Below, piece by piece: positions 52,138-54,509 of a stretch of DNA of 54,509 bases. Made by a program: the position numbers and the translations under genes. Each line of letters begins with the position of its first letter. Position 1 is the stretch's first letter. The notes beneath the pieces were generated by a model. The model was not told the DNA's origin, searched no databases, and saw only the letters and a program-made list of their open reading frames with translations. The stretch covers positions 1-54,509 of IMG/VR virus record IMGVR_UViG_3300025070_000043; one strand, written 5' to 3'. The stretch comes from a virus (Duplodnaviria; Caudoviricetes).

Positions 52138-53683
52138 CCCTTCTTTTTGTTCTTGGGCTATCTTCCCATTCCGGGTCTTCTGGATGTATTAAGTTCCAAC
52201 TGTCCTTCATATAATGAATTGCCATTGTCATACAATCTACCTGATCATCGTGTGAACCTGCAGGAAAAGACATACATTCAGCAAACAAATCGTCTGACCA
52301 TGTTTTGTCTTTTGGTATCCATACACGACCTGCTTCCATCAAAGGAGTAGAAGCATAGACACGAGCAACCTTATCTCTATCTGGAAGATAGTCTAATACA
52401 GGAAGACCTGCTCTTCTCATGTCCTGAATAAGAGACTGACCAGAAGCTTTCTTTTCTATTATACATACATCTGGTTTATATTGTGCATATACTTCTTGTG
52501 CTTTACGTCTTAGTTCTGGATATTCAAATCTACCTCTTATATTACCTAATAGTATTAAGTTAGAAGTTATTTGTTCTGTTCCATATTCATCTTCTTCATA
52601 TGACCTAAATATTCCCCATGTTTGTATTACACTATAGTCAGCAGTACGTGCAGTACTAAAAGCAGTATCATATGTCTGTATTATAAAGTCACATGGTGGA
52701 GGCTCATCATCATCCCACCAACTTATCCATTTCTTTTTAATAATACCACCATCATCAGGTGATGGGTCTTGCATATATAAAGAGTTCCAGTATCTACTAC
52801 CATTAGAACTTCTAATCTCCATCTCATCTATCTTTAATAGCTCGTCTGGTTTCCATTCAGGAAAGTAAGAAGAACCTTCTGGTAAGTCAAGAAGCTCTGC
52901 TGCTTCTTCATTAAGCCACGCAGGTATACTAATTACTTCCCAAGGGTTTGGCGTTTCTTCTGCGTTCTGTTCTTGCTTTAACAGCCAACCACACAAATCG
53001 TCATAGTGATATCTTGTATTAATAATAATGATTGCACCATTAGGCATAATACGAGTACGTAGACCTGCAGGATACCATTCCTTAATATAACGTCTACCTG
53101 CTTCACTGAAGCTGTCTTCTTCAGACATAACATCATCTAGTAATGCTACGTGAGCACCTCGACCCGCAACCTGACTTCTTACACCTGCTGCATAATAAGA
53201 CCCGTTTTTATTTGTCTTCCATTTACCTGCTGCCTTCACATCACTTCTAAGAGACACACCACGGAATATCTTTTGAAACCTGTCTGTGTTTACAATGTCT
53301 CGTACAGTTCTACCAAAGTCACTTGCAAGCTGGTCACTGTGTGAGACAGACATAATCTCATGGTGACCAAAGTTACCAATGTACCACGCAGGAAATAGTT
53401 TACTACATATTACTGACTTAGAAGAACGGGGTGGTAAGAATACCATAAGTCTTTTTGTACTACCATCTAACACACCCTGTAGCTTTTCACATAGTAGTTC
53501 TATGTGTCTTCCCATCTTAAAGTCAGAAACAATGGTAGGAGCAAATATCTTTACAAAGGTAAGGAAGTCATCCTTTGCCTTTATGTTTGCATAGTGATGC
53601 ATCTTTTCTCTTAGGTCCAGAAATAGAGTTACATTGTGTATTTCTTCTGGTGTTCTATTTTCATCTACTTCTAAATCTAACAT
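52118..53683 (-). CDS. terL: terminase large subunit
   Basis: Walker A PPRSSKS, Walker B ALLDD, TRYHYDDL, YDTAF, IEKKASG, HDDQVD. Confidence 0.95.
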   Translation of the reverse strand: MLDLEVDENRTPEEIHNVTLFLDLREKMHHYANIKAKDDFLTFVKIFAPTIVSDFKMGRHIELLCEKLQGVLDGSTKRLMVFLPPRSSKSVICSKLFPAWYIGNFGHHEIMSVSHSDQLASDFGRTVRDIVNTDRFQKIFRGVSLRSDVKAAGKWKTNKNGSYYAAGVRSQVAGRGAHVALLDDVMSEEDSFSEAGRRYIKEWYPAGLRTRIMPNGAIIIINTRYHYDDLCGWLLKQEQNAEETPNPWEVISIPAWLNEEAAELLDLPEGSSYFPEWKPDELLKIDEMEIRSSNGSRYWNSLYMQDPSPDDGGIIKKKWISWWDDDEPPPCDFIIQTYDTAFSTARTADYSVIQTWGIFRSYEEDEYGTEQITSNLILLGNIRGRFEYPELRRKAQEVYAQYKPDVCIIEKKASGQSLIQDMRRAGLPVLDYLPDRDKVARVYASTPLMEAGRVWIPKDKTWSDDLFAECMSFPAGSHDDQVDCMTMAIHYMKDSWNLIHPEDPEWEDSPRTKRRVAYWRT

Positions 53684-53896
53684 TTAAGTAAGCTCTCCAT
53701 CTACAGAGAGACAACCAATTTGCTTTATTTCAAAAGGCATATTATATTCTTTCCATATTCCTTTTAAATCATGCTGCATTTTCCCTACTCTAGCTAGACA
53801 CTCTTCTTGTCTTCTATACGGACCGTATGTATCCGATACTTCCATACAGTTATCTGGACTGCCTATTACACAGGCAACAATCATTGCTTTAAACAT
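53684..53896 (-). CDS. small Cys-rich protein, first gene of the late arm
   Basis: MFKAMIVAC...C...GPY...EC; GGAAGGA SD before ATG at 53896. Confidence 0.6.
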   Translation of the reverse strand: MFKAMIVACVIGSPDNCMEVSDTYGPYRRQEECLARVGKMQHDLKGIWKEYNMPFEIKQIGCLSVDGELT

Positions 53897-53917
53897 TTTA
53901 ATTTTCCTTCCATATAA

Positions 53918-54414
53918 GTGTTGCAAAAATGCCACACCTTATTAAAAAAATAAAATACCCCTATTGCGAAATCTGTAAAGATATGTTATTTTCTATTTAG
54001 ACCCACCGGGGTAAATATATACCCCCGAAGACATCCCGACACACCTACCAATACTATTCATTTACTATTATATTCATAATCTAATTTAACTATATTATAT
54101 ATTATTATACTTCTTTTGTCAAATATTTTATATATACTAATTAGCCCCCGGCCTACTATGAAAGACCCTTTAATTTTTGAAAATATATGGCAGGGGTATA
54201 TTATATATATAAATAGACAGACAGTTTTTGGGTGGGGGTTCTATGTATACTTGCTAGGATTGCACAAAAATTAGGCATAACATCCTTTTTCTACCAAAGA
54301 TTGTACAACCATAAGTAGTGTTGCAAAAATGTCACACCAAAATCTAGCAGGATTGCTGAGTTTTTGCACAATTCTTAGGCAGAAAGTGTGTATAGTGTTG
54401 CATTAATACCACAC
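53918..54414. repeat. three copies of imperfect palindrome GTGTTGCA-N4-TRYCACAC
   Basis: TGT-N12-ACA cores at 53919-53936, 54319-54336 and 54396-54413. Confidence 0.8.
54094..54122 (-). promoter_or_regulatory. perfect-consensus sigma70 promoter driving the structural arm
   Basis: TTGACA(54122-54117)-17 nt-TATAAT(54099-54094). Confidence 0.8.
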
Positions 54415-54509
54415 CCCCCTTCCCATGTCTTTACATCAATAGGTTGTATTCATTAGATATTATCAAGCTTTCCCCTAATTTTATTACAATTTCCCCCTGT
54501 CTTTTGTTT

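Noticed and set aside
54007-54027. GGGGTA-AATATA-TACCCC hairpin as a terminator
   Set aside because: Short stem with no adjacent U-tract; function cannot be supported.
53918-54414. Terminal repeats as a mini-CRISPR array
   Set aside because: Repeats are about 20 bp, degenerate and irregularly spaced (400 and 77 bp).
1-54509. tRNA genes, integrase/att site, direct terminal repeat
   Set aside because: None recognised by eye; the window starts mid-gene and the two ends do not match. tRNAscan was not run.

Overview
The window is most of the genome of a podovirus-like tailed phage, probably marine and possibly infecting an alphaproteobacterium (inference only). It has two convergent arms. The + arm (1-18.7 kb) starts inside a 5'-truncated gene and carries small early ORFs, a SleB-type hydrolase, MazG, T7-like primase-helicase, family A DNA polymerase (Tyr762 type), SSB, nucleases, a class II ribonucleotide reductase, a separately promoted glycosyltransferase cassette and the terminase small subunit. 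The - arm (53.9-18.7 kb) carries TerL, portal, GroES, scaffold, capsid, adaptor/nozzle, fibres, ejection proteins, endolysin and holin. I found no phage RNA polymerase, integrase, tRNA or CRISPR array; near-consensus sigma70 promoters occur on both arms. Best leads: (1) a GT plus a GT-methyltransferase-Maf-like three-domain enzyme, together with a strongly over-used V-S-A tripeptide in tail/neck proteins, suggesting a virion O-glycosylation system with its own sequon; (2) a block of very basic proteins sharing GG and C-terminal HNRLY motifs, one carrying an ArfA-like (ribosome rescue) N-terminal module fused to half of a split domain; (3) two families of repeated palindromic boxes in the terminal control region; (4) apparent avoidance of CCWGG and GATC. 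Family names come from motif recognition from memory, not from database searches.
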